Shown here piece after piece: positions 8,748 through 15,901 of a stretch of 32,000 bases of DNA (position 1 is the stretch's first letter; every line of letters starts with the position of its first letter). The stretch spans positions 60,001 to 92,000 of the forward strand of contig JAQTTP010000001.1 in the NCBI GenBank assembly GCA_028710695.1. The letters run 5' to 3'. This DNA comes from Candidatus Iainarchaeum sp. Lineage in GTDB: Archaea > Iainarchaeota > Iainarchaeia > Iainarchaeales > 0-14-0-20-30-16. Below the pieces are notes generated by a model that was not told the DNA's origin, made no database searches, and saw only the letters and a program-made list of their open reading frames with translations. A program made the translations under genes and the position numbers.

Positions 8748-8897
8748 TTATGGCAATTCTATACCACATTTCTTGCATTTGAAAGTATTGCTTAGAACCC
8801 TGCAGTGGTTACATCTATGAATTTGCTCTCCACATGATGGGCATTTATACTTCACATAATCATCAGTTTTCTTATTACATGTATTACATACTGTCAT
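8748..8897 (-). CDS. Small double zinc-ribbon protein (COG2888-like) upstream of aEF-1beta
   Basis: This gene is not in the supplied ORF track because it is under 60 aa. My translation is MTVCNTCNKKTDDYVKYKCPSCGEQIHRCNHCRVLSNTFKCKKCGIELP*, with four CxxC pairs. The SD AAAGGTGATAATA lies directly upstream of ATG 8897, and the stop is 32 nt before the EF-1beta start. Confidence 0.7.
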   Translation of the reverse strand: MTVCNTCNKKTDDYVKYKCPSCGEQIHRCNHCRVLSNTFKCKKCGIELP

Positions 8898-8946
8898 TAT
8901 TATCACCTTTTTAAGAATTTAGTATATAAGTGTTTGTATCTAAAGA

Positions 8947-8954
8947 TTTATATA
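8947..8954 (+). promoter_or_regulatory. TATA box for the tRNA-Arg gene
   Basis: TTTATATA is preceded by purine-rich AAAGA (BRE-like). Its centre lies about 22-25 nt upstream of the tRNA 5' end at 8972. Confidence 0.4.
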
Positions 8955-8971
8955 TTATATCACAAAAAGTA

Positions 8972-9044
8972 GGACTTGTGAGGTAATTGGATAACCTAGC
9001 GGGCTTCGGACCCGCCTATCGGGGTTCGAGTCCCTGCGAGTCCA
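8972..9044 (+). tRNA. tRNA-Arg (anticodon UCG)
   Basis: I folded the cloverleaf by hand. The acceptor is GGACTTG/CGAGTCC (one G-U pair), with U8. The D arm is AGGT-AATTGGATA-ACCT. The anticodon arm is GCGGG-CTTCGGA-CCCGC, with U33 and anticodon TCG. The variable loop is CTAT. The T arm is CGGGG-TTCGAGT-CCCTG, and the discriminator is A. It is 73 nt, has no intron and does not encode CCA. Confidence 0.9.
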
Positions 9045-10118
9045 CTAAGTAGGGTATAGCTCAAATTGTCCCTCTTTTATAGTATAGAGAACGAATTTTT
9101 CAGTAGTTTCTCCATTTTCATCAAATGAAACTCCAAAGTTTGTAGTTATTGCACTATCTTTGAATTTTTTGGCAGTACAAGCCACATCATCTTTGCAAAT
9201 TGAATAAATTTTTGCATATGCATTTGTTAAATTATAGTATTGCCAAGAAATCTGTGCTGGCTCCTCTGAATATTTTTCTTTGTATTTTTTATAAAATTCT
9301 GTATTTTTATCTAAAAAAGTAGTGCTAAAAATTATTCCGTCAGTAGCATTTCCGCCTGTCTTCATTAAATCTGGGTTTTGACATGCTTGGCCACACAAAA
9401 TTTGTTGTTTTAAGCCCAATTCTCGCGCCTGTTTTGCAATTTCGCCAACATTTACTGCAAATGCGCCAATATAAATCGCGTCAACGTTTTCGTCAATTTT
9501 TAGTAAAGTTGATTTTACGTCTGTAGATTCATTAAATTGTTCTATTAAAGAAACATTTCCTCCTAATTCTAAGTATGGCTTTTCAAAAGCATTTTTTACA
9601 CCTAAACCATAGTCGTCATTTTTGTAAATTATTGCAATGTTCTTTAGATTAAGATTGGCATATGCGAGTTTTGCTAAATCTTTGCCTTCTTGTACTGCAG
9701 ATGGTTGCACTCTAAAAGTATTTAGTCCATTTGTTGTATACTTTGCAGATGCGGCAATTGCAAACAAAATTTTATTATCCTCTTTTATTGGTTCTTGTAA
9801 TAGTATTGAATTTGGTGATCCCAAAGTAAAAAATGCAGTAATATCTTTGTCTATTAGATAATTATATTCACTTAACGTGTCCTTTGTTGTACTCTTTGTA
9901 TCCTCCAGATAAAATTCAACATCCTTACCTTCTGTTTTTAGTTCTTCAATAGCCAGATTAACTCCCTTCTGCATTAAGTCTCCTTGTCTGGACTCTACCC
10001 CTGTCATAGGAAGGAGAGCACCAATTTTTAGGTCGTTTGTAGAATTTGTGCTAAAAAGCAAAACAAAAACAATTACAACAATTAAAACTAATAATCCAAT
10101 TAGCCAAACTTTTCTCAT
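9045..10118 (-). CDS. Membrane-anchored type I periplasmic-binding-fold solute-binding protein (LivJ/LivK, branched-chain amino acid-like family)
   Basis: An N-terminal TM/signal anchor (KVWLIGLLVLIVVIVFVLLF) is followed by the family-typical IGALLPMTGVESRQGDLMQKGVNLAIEEL and alternating beta-alpha segments. No permease or ATPase genes are adjacent. Confidence 0.75.
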   Translation of the reverse strand: MRKVWLIGLLVLIVVIVFVLLFSTNSTNDLKIGALLPMTGVESRQGDLMQKGVNLAIEELKTEGKDVEFYLEDTKSTTKDTLSEYNYLIDKDITAFFTLGSPNSILLQEPIKEDNKILFAIAASAKYTTNGLNTFRVQPSAVQEGKDLAKLAYANLNLKNIAIIYKNDDYGLGVKNAFEKPYLELGGNVSLIEQFNESTDVKSTLLKIDENVDAIYIGAFAVNVGEIAKQARELGLKQQILCGQACQNPDLMKTGGNATDGIIFSTTFLDKNTEFYKKYKEKYSEEPAQISWQYYNLTNAYAKIYSICKDDVACTAKKFKDSAITTNFGVSFDENGETTEKFVLYTIKEGQFELYPT

Positions 10119-10207
10119 AAATAGAAACTTAATCTCTTAACTATTTACTATATTGTTGTCAAATAACTAACGACAGACATATATTATTTTCGTAAAACTA
10201 TTTTATT

Positions 10208-10930
10208 ATGGAACCGGAATTAAAAAGTTTGGGTTTGACTGACAAGGAAATAAAAGTATATCTTGCCCTATTAAATTTAGGTATTGCACTTGTGAATGAC
10301 ATTGCAAAAAAAGCAGGGACTTACAGAACATATACTTACGAAGTTTTAAAATCTCTTAAGGAAAAAGGATTAGTATCACACGTAATAAAATCTGGAAAAC
10401 AGTATTATGAGGTGGCACCACCTGAAAAATGGCAATCTATTTTAAAAGAAAAAGAACAAAAATTTAATAAAATCCTTCCCGAATTAAAAAAAATATATTC
10501 TATAACTGTTGAAAAACCAAGGACGGAAGTTTATGAGGGCAAAGAAGGTCTAAAAACAGTTTTGGATGACATGTTAAAAACAAAGAAAACGATTTATGTT
10601 TATGGAAATACAAAGAAAATGTGGCAATATTTACAAACAAATTTTCCACAGTTTATTTTGAAACGGTCTAGCCTAGGCATAAAAACAAAAATTGTTGATG
10701 TTAGATCCAAAGAAGCAGAAAAAATAAATACAAAAAGTAAGGTAGAGTTACGAGAAATGCGTTTTCTGCCCAAACAATACGAATTTTCTATGACTACAAA
10801 TATTTATGGAAACAAAGTTGCAATGTTATCTTTTCAAGATGAATTTGTAGGAATTATAATAGAAAACAAAAGTATTGCAGAATCTCAAAAAGTAGTTTTT
10901 GATTTTCTCTGGTCTTCTGCAAAACCATAA
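10208..10930 (+). CDS. TrmB family transcriptional regulator
   Basis: The N-terminal winged HTH is LGLTDKEIKVYLALLNLGIALVNDIAKKAGTYRTYTYEVLKSLKEKGLVSHV. A coiled linker and a C-terminal TrmB-like domain follow. Confidence 0.8.
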   Translation: MEPELKSLGLTDKEIKVYLALLNLGIALVNDIAKKAGTYRTYTYEVLKSLKEKGLVSHVIKSGKQYYEVAPPEKWQSILKEKEQKFNKILPELKKIYSITVEKPRTEVYEGKEGLKTVLDDMLKTKKTIYVYGNTKKMWQYLQTNFPQFILKRSSLGIKTKIVDVRSKEAEKINTKSKVELREMRFLPKQYEFSMTTNIYGNKVAMLSFQDEFVGIIIENKSIAESQKVVFDFLWSSAKP

Positions 10931-11698
10931 CTATCTTACATAGCTTGGTTTGACATCTGAAGCTTCATCTTTTGATAATTGCTTTAATGCTGTCTGAACT
11001 TCTTTGAATGCTTTTGAAATCTTCTTTGCTTCTTTGTCAATGTCTTTCAAATCAACTTTCAACTCAAAGTACTTTGAAATGAATTCTAACATTTTCTTTG
11101 CTGCCTCAAAATCACCATAAATAAGCTTTGATGTTGTTTCTGCCAAGATACAATATCCTTGCATGCCTTCTTCTTTTGCAAATCCAAGAGTTAATCCTGC
11201 AACCCCTGATATTGTAATTTCGTCTTGTAATAATTTTGCATATTTGCTTGGCTCTTTTTTCTTTGTATTTGTTGTAACAAAATATAATTCTGGATTTTTT
11301 GTAATTCTTGCATCAGAAATATCAAGCCCACCAAAAGTATAAATCTCTTTTACACCCAACTCTTTTGCAATTTCAACAATTTTTTTTGCAAACTCAAAAT
11401 GTGCTTCTGGATTTATGTTTTCAAAAAGTGCTGGTTGTGCAATTCCAGTAAGTAAAATAAAATCTTTTTTCTTTGTTTTTATTATAGAAAATTCATCTTT
11501 TATTAAATCAATCTGTCCTTTATAAGTTATTCCTGCAGGCGTAAAATAAGTTGAATAAATGGAACCAATCTTTTCATTTTTCATTTTTTCAGCAATGAAA
11601 TCTATTGCAATTTTTCCAACTAGGCCAATGCCTGGCAAGCCAATTAATAAAGTTGGATTATTTAGTTTAACATTTTTCACATTAGAAATAACTGCCAA
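10931..11698 (-). CDS. PAC2 family protein (putative proteasome assembly chaperone, COG1938)
   Basis: The N-terminal motif LLIGLPGIGLVGKIAIDFI and the 255-aa size fit the family. Its position downstream of aIF2-alpha matches the conserved archaeal neighbourhood. Confidence 0.7.
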   Translation of the reverse strand: MAVISNVKNVKLNNPTLLIGLPGIGLVGKIAIDFIAEKMKNEKIGSIYSTYFTPAGITYKGQIDLIKDEFSIIKTKKKDFILLTGIAQPALFENINPEAHFEFAKKIVEIAKELGVKEIYTFGGLDISDARITKNPELYFVTTNTKKKEPSKYAKLLQDEITISGVAGLTLGFAKEEGMQGYCILAETTSKLIYGDFEAAKKMLEFISKYFELKVDLKDIDKEAKKISKAFKEVQTALKQLSKDEASDVKPSYVR

Positions 11699-11710
11699 GA
11701 AATCACCTAT

Positions 11711-12487
11711 TTATTCTCTTCTTTTCATATTTAACTCGCCTTTTTTTCCAACTTTGGCTATTAAATAATCATTAACATCTTTTATGTGTTTTTCAATTGT
11801 TTTATAATCATTAGAAACAAATTTCAGCTGGTATTTTCCGCCACCAAGATAAGAAATCTTTTGCTCAACACCTTTATTTTTTGGCATTTCTTTGAACAAT
11901 TTCTTTATTTCCATTAGTCCGGTTCCAGTTGTAACTCTTAGTTCTACGTTTTCAATAATTTCTTTTTTTGTTATTGTCATGCTTCTTGAAACAACATTAT
12001 ACAATGCCTCTCTGTACTTTTCAGGAATTTCTTTTACTCCGTCTTTTCCAGATTCAAGCATCACCTTAAATGCGTCAGTAACAGAATTATATTTTTCAAG
12101 AATTTTTGGAACAAGGTCATTCCAGATTTCGTCTTGTTCTTTTTTCATGTCTTTTGCTAATACACTTAATAATTGTTGGGATCTTTTTGTTTCTCTCCAA
12201 GATATCATTTTTTTTCTTTCATTTATTGTATTCATTCTTGAAAATGAAACATCTATCTGCCCCCTTTCTCTATTGATGGACAGTACAACACCAACTTTTA
12301 TTTGTCCAGGCCTTACAAAATTTCTTATGTTTTTTATCCATCTATTTGCAATTTGTGACAACGGAACAAATCCAACAAGGCCAGGGTATTCTTCAAGAGT
12401 TACAGTTACCCCGTAAGGGTAAATTTTGTCGATCTTACAAACAAGGTGCTCTCCTGGTCTTACTTCATCTAAATCCATATTTCTCAT
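11711..12487 (-). CDS. Translation initiation factor aIF2 alpha subunit
   Basis: The S1/OB domain reads PGEHLVCKIDKIYPYGVTVTLEEYPGLVGFVPLSQIANRWIKNIRNFVRPGQ...DVSFSRM. Helical and alpha-beta C-terminal domains follow, and the 258-aa size fits. The start overlaps the S27e stop (ATGA). Confidence 0.9.
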   Translation of the reverse strand: MRNMDLDEVRPGEHLVCKIDKIYPYGVTVTLEEYPGLVGFVPLSQIANRWIKNIRNFVRPGQIKVGVVLSINRERGQIDVSFSRMNTINERKKMISWRETKRSQQLLSVLAKDMKKEQDEIWNDLVPKILEKYNSVTDAFKVMLESGKDGVKEIPEKYREALYNVVSRSMTITKKEIIENVELRVTTGTGLMEIKKLFKEMPKNKGVEQKISYLGGGKYQLKFVSNDYKTIEKHIKDVNDYLIAKVGKKGELNMKRRE

Positions 12488-12690
12488 TCCTTCTTTTCTT
12501 CCTTTTTCTTTTCCTCTTTTTTAACTATCTTAGCGCCTTTTGTTAATTTGGGGTGTGATGCGCCAGGAGTAGCTAAAACTTCTTCACATTTATTGCAAGA
12601 AATTTTGCTTGCTGGTTTGTTGAATGTATACTGCTTACTTCCACACTTACATTCTATTTCTACAAATTTTGAACTATGAACTTTCTTCAT
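12484..12690 (-). CDS. Ribosomal protein S27e (with Lys/Glu-rich C-terminal tail)
   Basis: The zinc ribbon is FVEIECKCGSKQYTFNKPASKISCNKCEEVLATPGAS. The SD AAAGGTGATAAA lies upstream. The tail reads KKEEKKKEEKKE. Confidence 0.85.
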   Translation of the reverse strand: MKKVHSSKFVEIECKCGSKQYTFNKPASKISCNKCEEVLATPGASHPKLTKGAKIVKKEEKKKEEKKE

Positions 12691-12704
12691 TTTATCACCT
12701 TTAA

Positions 12705-13229
12705 TTACACTTCTTTTCCTAATTCTTTTGAGATAAATATTTTTGCAATATTTTCTGGCAAAGTAACCTTGTCTCCTGCCGTATACGGACCATATTCAAT
12801 CATATCAGTTCCAATAAATTTTGGAATTTCTTTTATGATCTCCAGGTTAACTTGTTTGTCTTCAATTTCTTTTTCAGTCTTGAATTCAACTAAGTATTTT
12901 TGTGTGCTCTTTACAAGCTCATCATAGATTTTAATTTCTTTTCCTGACAGGTTATCAAAGTTTTTGTCATTTCCTTTTGCAGAAGATATTGCTCTTTTAA
13001 TTATTTTTGTGTACCTTAAGTTAAAAATATCGTCAACCATCTTTTTGACATTTATGTATTTTCTAAATTCGTCATCTTCAAAACTATACTGTTTTAACTG
13101 CACATCTTTCTGTGAGTTTTCCAAGAAATCCTTTATTTCGTTAAAGAAATTATCTGGTAATTTAACTAATTCAGGTTCCTTAATTTCTTGCCTATGTAAC
13201 TTTCTAATTATTTCATAGGATAACTCCAT
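12705..13229 (-). CDS. GINS complex subunit, Gins51 (Gins15)-like
   Basis: The helical A domain is (YEIIRKLHRQE...ELVKLPDNFFNEIKDFL; RYTKIIKRA). The beta-rich B domain is (VNLEIIKEIPKFIGTDMIEYGPYTAGDKVTLPENIAKIFISKELGKEV). It lies immediately downstream of priS, as in many archaea. ATG 13229 is preceded by the SD AAGGTG, so the GTG at 13238 in the track is part of the SD. Confidence 0.65.
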   Translation of the reverse strand: MELSYEIIRKLHRQEIKEPELVKLPDNFFNEIKDFLENSQKDVQLKQYSFEDDEFRKYINVKKMVDDIFNLRYTKIIKRAISSAKGNDKNFDNLSGKEIKIYDELVKSTQKYLVEFKTEKEIEDKQVNLEIIKEIPKFIGTDMIEYGPYTAGDKVTLPENIAKIFISKELGKEV

Positions 13230-14427
13230 CGGCAGCACCTTTTGCTAATAAATATAATGCAATGTTTTCGGGTAATTCAACTAATTGTTTGTAGTATGGC
13301 CCGTATGGTTTGCCCGCGATTAGGATTTGGGGCAGTTTTTCAATATATATCTTTATATTGCCGTTTTTATTAAAAGGATATGCGTCTACGAAGGGCGAAA
13401 AGCGATCTAACGTATCTAAAGGGATCTGTTTTGAGATTAAGGCGGCCCCGCCGTGTATTGTGTTTGGAACCCTCACAATCTTGAAAATATCTATTGATGT
13501 GCTTGTGTCAATGCTTAATTTGCTTCCTTGTTTTAAGTCCCCTAAAAATGAATCTATCACTTTATCCCACAATTCCTTGTTTTTGTCATCGTTTCCAAGT
13601 ATAGAAATCAGAACCTTCCTTTTTTCCAAAGTATTTACTGCATCTTTCTTGCTTTTTACAAATTTCAGGGCAAATCCTGGAATTATTCCCATCTCTACTA
13701 AGTCCTTTGTCTTCTGTTTTGAAATGAATTCTGTAAAGCTTTTTCTAATTTCTCCCTCTGCATTAAAGTAAGGGTATTTGTACTCAATTCTCTTATTAGA
13801 AAGCCCAGTTTTTGTAATATAATCGATCAATTCATTTCTCTCTTCTTGTGTGAGTTTTGACACTTTTTCGGATTTTATTTTCACGTGGTATCCTTTGTGC
13901 CCAGAGAAAGAAACAGAAATCTCCTCTTTTTTGAACCCAAGCTCGTTGATTAAAATATCAATTAAGTTTTTAGTTTGTTTTTTTGTTTCTTCTAAGCATT
14001 CATCACAAATATAATCCTCAATTTTTGTATTTCCTTTGCAATTTGGGCAGGTTTCTAAGCGCCCAGTACCATAACAATTACAATTTGCGCAAAACCACAA
14101 ATCGTGTTTATCCTTGCATTTAGTAGGCAAATCATCAGCATCAAACTCAAATATAAAATCCGAACCAGTTAGTTCTTTTGCCTGCATTGGCCTTGCTGCC
14201 GGCTTGTTGTAATATGCTACAGAACAAGATACATAGAACGGAATCTCGCGCCTTAAAAAATCATTGAAAACATAGTCATTTTTGAATTCTAAGTGCCTAT
14301 TCGCAATTTTCTTCCCAAATATCCCAATTCCGAACTCTCTTTTTTCAATATTGTCAACAGTAATAAAATGATTCTGATAAAAGCCCTTGTACTTTGATTT
14401 CAGATACTGCTCCGTGTCAAAAATCAT
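13213..14427 (-). CDS. priS: DNA primase small (catalytic) subunit PriS
   Basis: The AEP primase motifs are present: FIFEFDADD (acidic catalytic motif), SFSGHKGYHV and VRVPNTIHG. A zinc knuckle CANCNCYG...CPNC is also present. ATG 14427 with the SD GGGTG is preferred over GTG 14436. Confidence 0.9.
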   Translation of the reverse strand: MIFDTEQYLKSKYKGFYQNHFITVDNIEKREFGIGIFGKKIANRHLEFKNDYVFNDFLRREIPFYVSCSVAYYNKPAARPMQAKELTGSDFIFEFDADDLPTKCKDKHDLWFCANCNCYGTGRLETCPNCKGNTKIEDYICDECLEETKKQTKNLIDILINELGFKKEEISVSFSGHKGYHVKIKSEKVSKLTQEERNELIDYITKTGLSNKRIEYKYPYFNAEGEIRKSFTEFISKQKTKDLVEMGIIPGFALKFVKSKKDAVNTLEKRKVLISILGNDDKNKELWDKVIDSFLGDLKQGSKLSIDTSTSIDIFKIVRVPNTIHGGAALISKQIPLDTLDRFSPFVDAYPFNKNGNIKIYIEKLPQILIAGKPYGPYYKQLVELPENIALYLLAKGAADGVIL

Positions 14428-14460
14428 CCATTTCACACCCTTTGTGGCTCACCTACATAT

Positions 14461-14502
14461 TTATATATCTATTATATTATATTATATATCTATATTATAT
14501 AT
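14461..14502. promoter_or_regulatory. AT-only 21-bp tandem repeat in the divergent priS/RPA promoter region
   Basis: TTATATATCTAT occurs at 14461-14472 and again at 14482-14493, each followed by a TATATTATA-like sequence. This supplies TATA-box-like sequence in both directions. Confidence 0.4.
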
Positions 14503-14520
14503 GTAATTGGGGGCTTATTT

Positions 14521-15717
14521 ATGTCTTTAATAGAACAAATAAAGAAGAAAAGTAATTTAAGTGAAGATGAAATTAATTCAAAAATAAAGGAAAAAATATC
14601 CAAATATCCTGGGCTATTTACTGAGGAAAGTGCTGCCTATGTTTTGGCAAAAGAACTAGGCATTGTTTTAGAGGATAAAGATGTTAAACTTACTCCTTTA
14701 AACATTATAGACAACACAATAAAAACGGCAAATGTTAATACTGTTGTTGAATATATTTTCCCTCCAAAAGAGTATGTGCAGGGAAGTAAAAAAAGTAAAT
14801 ATGTAAGACTAATTGTTAGAGAAGATGATACTACAGTTAACTTGACTTTATGGGATAAATTTGTGCCTTTAGTTGAAACTAAAAAGATAAAAAAAGGATC
14901 AATTTTGGCATGTAAGAATTTATCTGTAAACAAATATAAAAATAAAATATCTCTTGGAACAACATCATTTTCTGATATTCAAGTGACTGGTGAAAAGAAA
15001 ATTGAACCAGAACAAAAAAGAATTAATGATTTGTCAGAAAGCGATTTCTTTGTAAAAGTAGAAGCAAAGTTGGTTTCAAAAAGAGAATTAAGAAATATAA
15101 ATAGCTCAAAAGTAATAAACTTTAGGCTTTACGATGGTTTTTACATAAATGCTTCCGCATGGGATGACGCAGCAGAAGAAGTAAATAAAATAGATATTGG
15201 AAAAACAATAGTTATTGAAGGCGCCTATGTAAGGAGAAGACAAAAACTAGAATTGAATGTTCCATCAGACGCAAAAATATCTACTTCTAGCAAAGCATTT
15301 GAAGTAGTTGCGGATGCAGACTTACCACTAAAAAATATTTCTGAATTAGCATACGGTGAAAGAGTAAGACTAAAAGGAACAATAAAAGGCCTTGACAGAT
15401 TAGTTTCATATAATTGGTGTGACAAGTGTAACAAAAAAGCAGAAGACGTTTGTGCTTGTGGAAACAAAGACTTGGTAAAGAACTATATTGTTGGATTTAT
15501 TTTCGGAGACGAATCTGCAACAACAAAAGCGATTCTTTTTAGAAACCAAATTTCCGCACTGTTGGGCTTACAACAAGATATTACAGGAATGACAGAAGAC
15601 GAAGTTAGCTCAAAACTTTCTACAGTTTTGGATAAAGATAAGGAATTTTTGGGTTACTTGAAAAAGAACACATTCTCCGGTGAGGATGAATTTATTGTCA
15701 TGAGAGTTGTTTCCTAA
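14521..15717 (+). CDS. Replication protein A (RPA41-like ssDNA-binding protein, OB folds plus zinc finger)
   Basis: The N-terminal domain (SEDEINSKIKEKISKYPGLFTEESAAYVLAKELGI) resembles the N-terminus of euryarchaeal RPA41. OB-fold patterns are present (VRLIVREDDTTVNLTLWDKF...KKGSIL). A zinc finger CDKCNKKAEDVCACGN is also present. Confidence 0.75.
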   Translation: MSLIEQIKKKSNLSEDEINSKIKEKISKYPGLFTEESAAYVLAKELGIVLEDKDVKLTPLNIIDNTIKTANVNTVVEYIFPPKEYVQGSKKSKYVRLIVREDDTTVNLTLWDKFVPLVETKKIKKGSILACKNLSVNKYKNKISLGTTSFSDIQVTGEKKIEPEQKRINDLSESDFFVKVEAKLVSKRELRNINSSKVINFRLYDGFYINASAWDDAAEEVNKIDIGKTIVIEGAYVRRRQKLELNVPSDAKISTSSKAFEVVADADLPLKNISELAYGERVRLKGTIKGLDRLVSYNWCDKCNKKAEDVCACGNKDLVKNYIVGFIFGDESATTKAILFRNQISALLGLQQDITGMTEDEVSSKLSTVLDKDKEFLGYLKKNTFSGEDEFIVMRVVS

Positions 15718-15797
15718 ATGCGGAAACAATCTCAGGCCCCTAAAGCAATTTCTGTAAACAAGAAATTGGCTTTTTGGTCATGAGGGTTGTGCAATAA
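15697..15797 (+). repeat. Two-hairpin intergenic repeat, copy A (3' of the RPA gene)
   Basis: Hairpin 1 is TTGTTTCC/taaatgc/GGAAACAA (15707-15729), and its loop contains the RPA stop codon. The core is CAGGCCCCT (15733-15741). Hairpin 2 is AAAGCAATTTCT/gtaaaca/AGAAATTGGCTTT (15742-15773). The flanks are GTCATGAGAGTTGTTTCCTAA (15697-15717) and GTCATGAGGGTTGTGCAATAA (15777-15797), 16/21 identical, with the first 14 nt 13/14. Confidence 0.5.
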
Positions 15798-15856
15798 TAA
15801 GAAATTAGATCAGACAAACAAAACCAATATAAAAAAAGTTTTCTTTGGGAGACCGT

Positions 15857-15881
15857 AGCTTTCTTTTTTGAAAAGAAAGCT
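15857..15881 (+). promoter_or_regulatory. Perfect 11-bp-arm palindrome between the TATA-like element and the SD of radA
   Basis: The palindrome is AGCTTTCTTTT-ttg-AAAAGAAAGCT. A TATA-like CAATATAAAAAAAG lies at 15825-15838. The SD GGAGAGGT and ATG 15902 lie downstream. Confidence 0.4.
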
Positions 15882-15901
15882 TGGAAAGGGGAGAGGTTAG
15901 T

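Noticed and set aside
12490-12530. Lys/Glu- or Lys-rich tails on S27e (KKEEKKKEEKKE), on TopA (2581-2654) and in the C-terminal region of RFC-L, as a possible specific feature.
   Set aside because: These are low-complexity AAR/GAR codon runs, common in AT-rich genomes and on nucleic-acid-binding proteins. They are not distinctive enough to interpret.
14461-14502. A CRISPR-like or minisatellite array.
   Set aside because: There are only two 21-nt units and no spacer structure, and the sequence is made purely of A and T. No cas genes are present, and no CRISPR array occurs anywhere in the window.
14437-14520. A replication origin in the AT-rich repeat block next to priS and RPA.
   Set aside because: No ORB or mini-ORB-like dyad elements are present, no orc1/cdc6 gene is adjacent, and the region is only 93 nt. 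Back-to-back TATA promoters explain it more simply.
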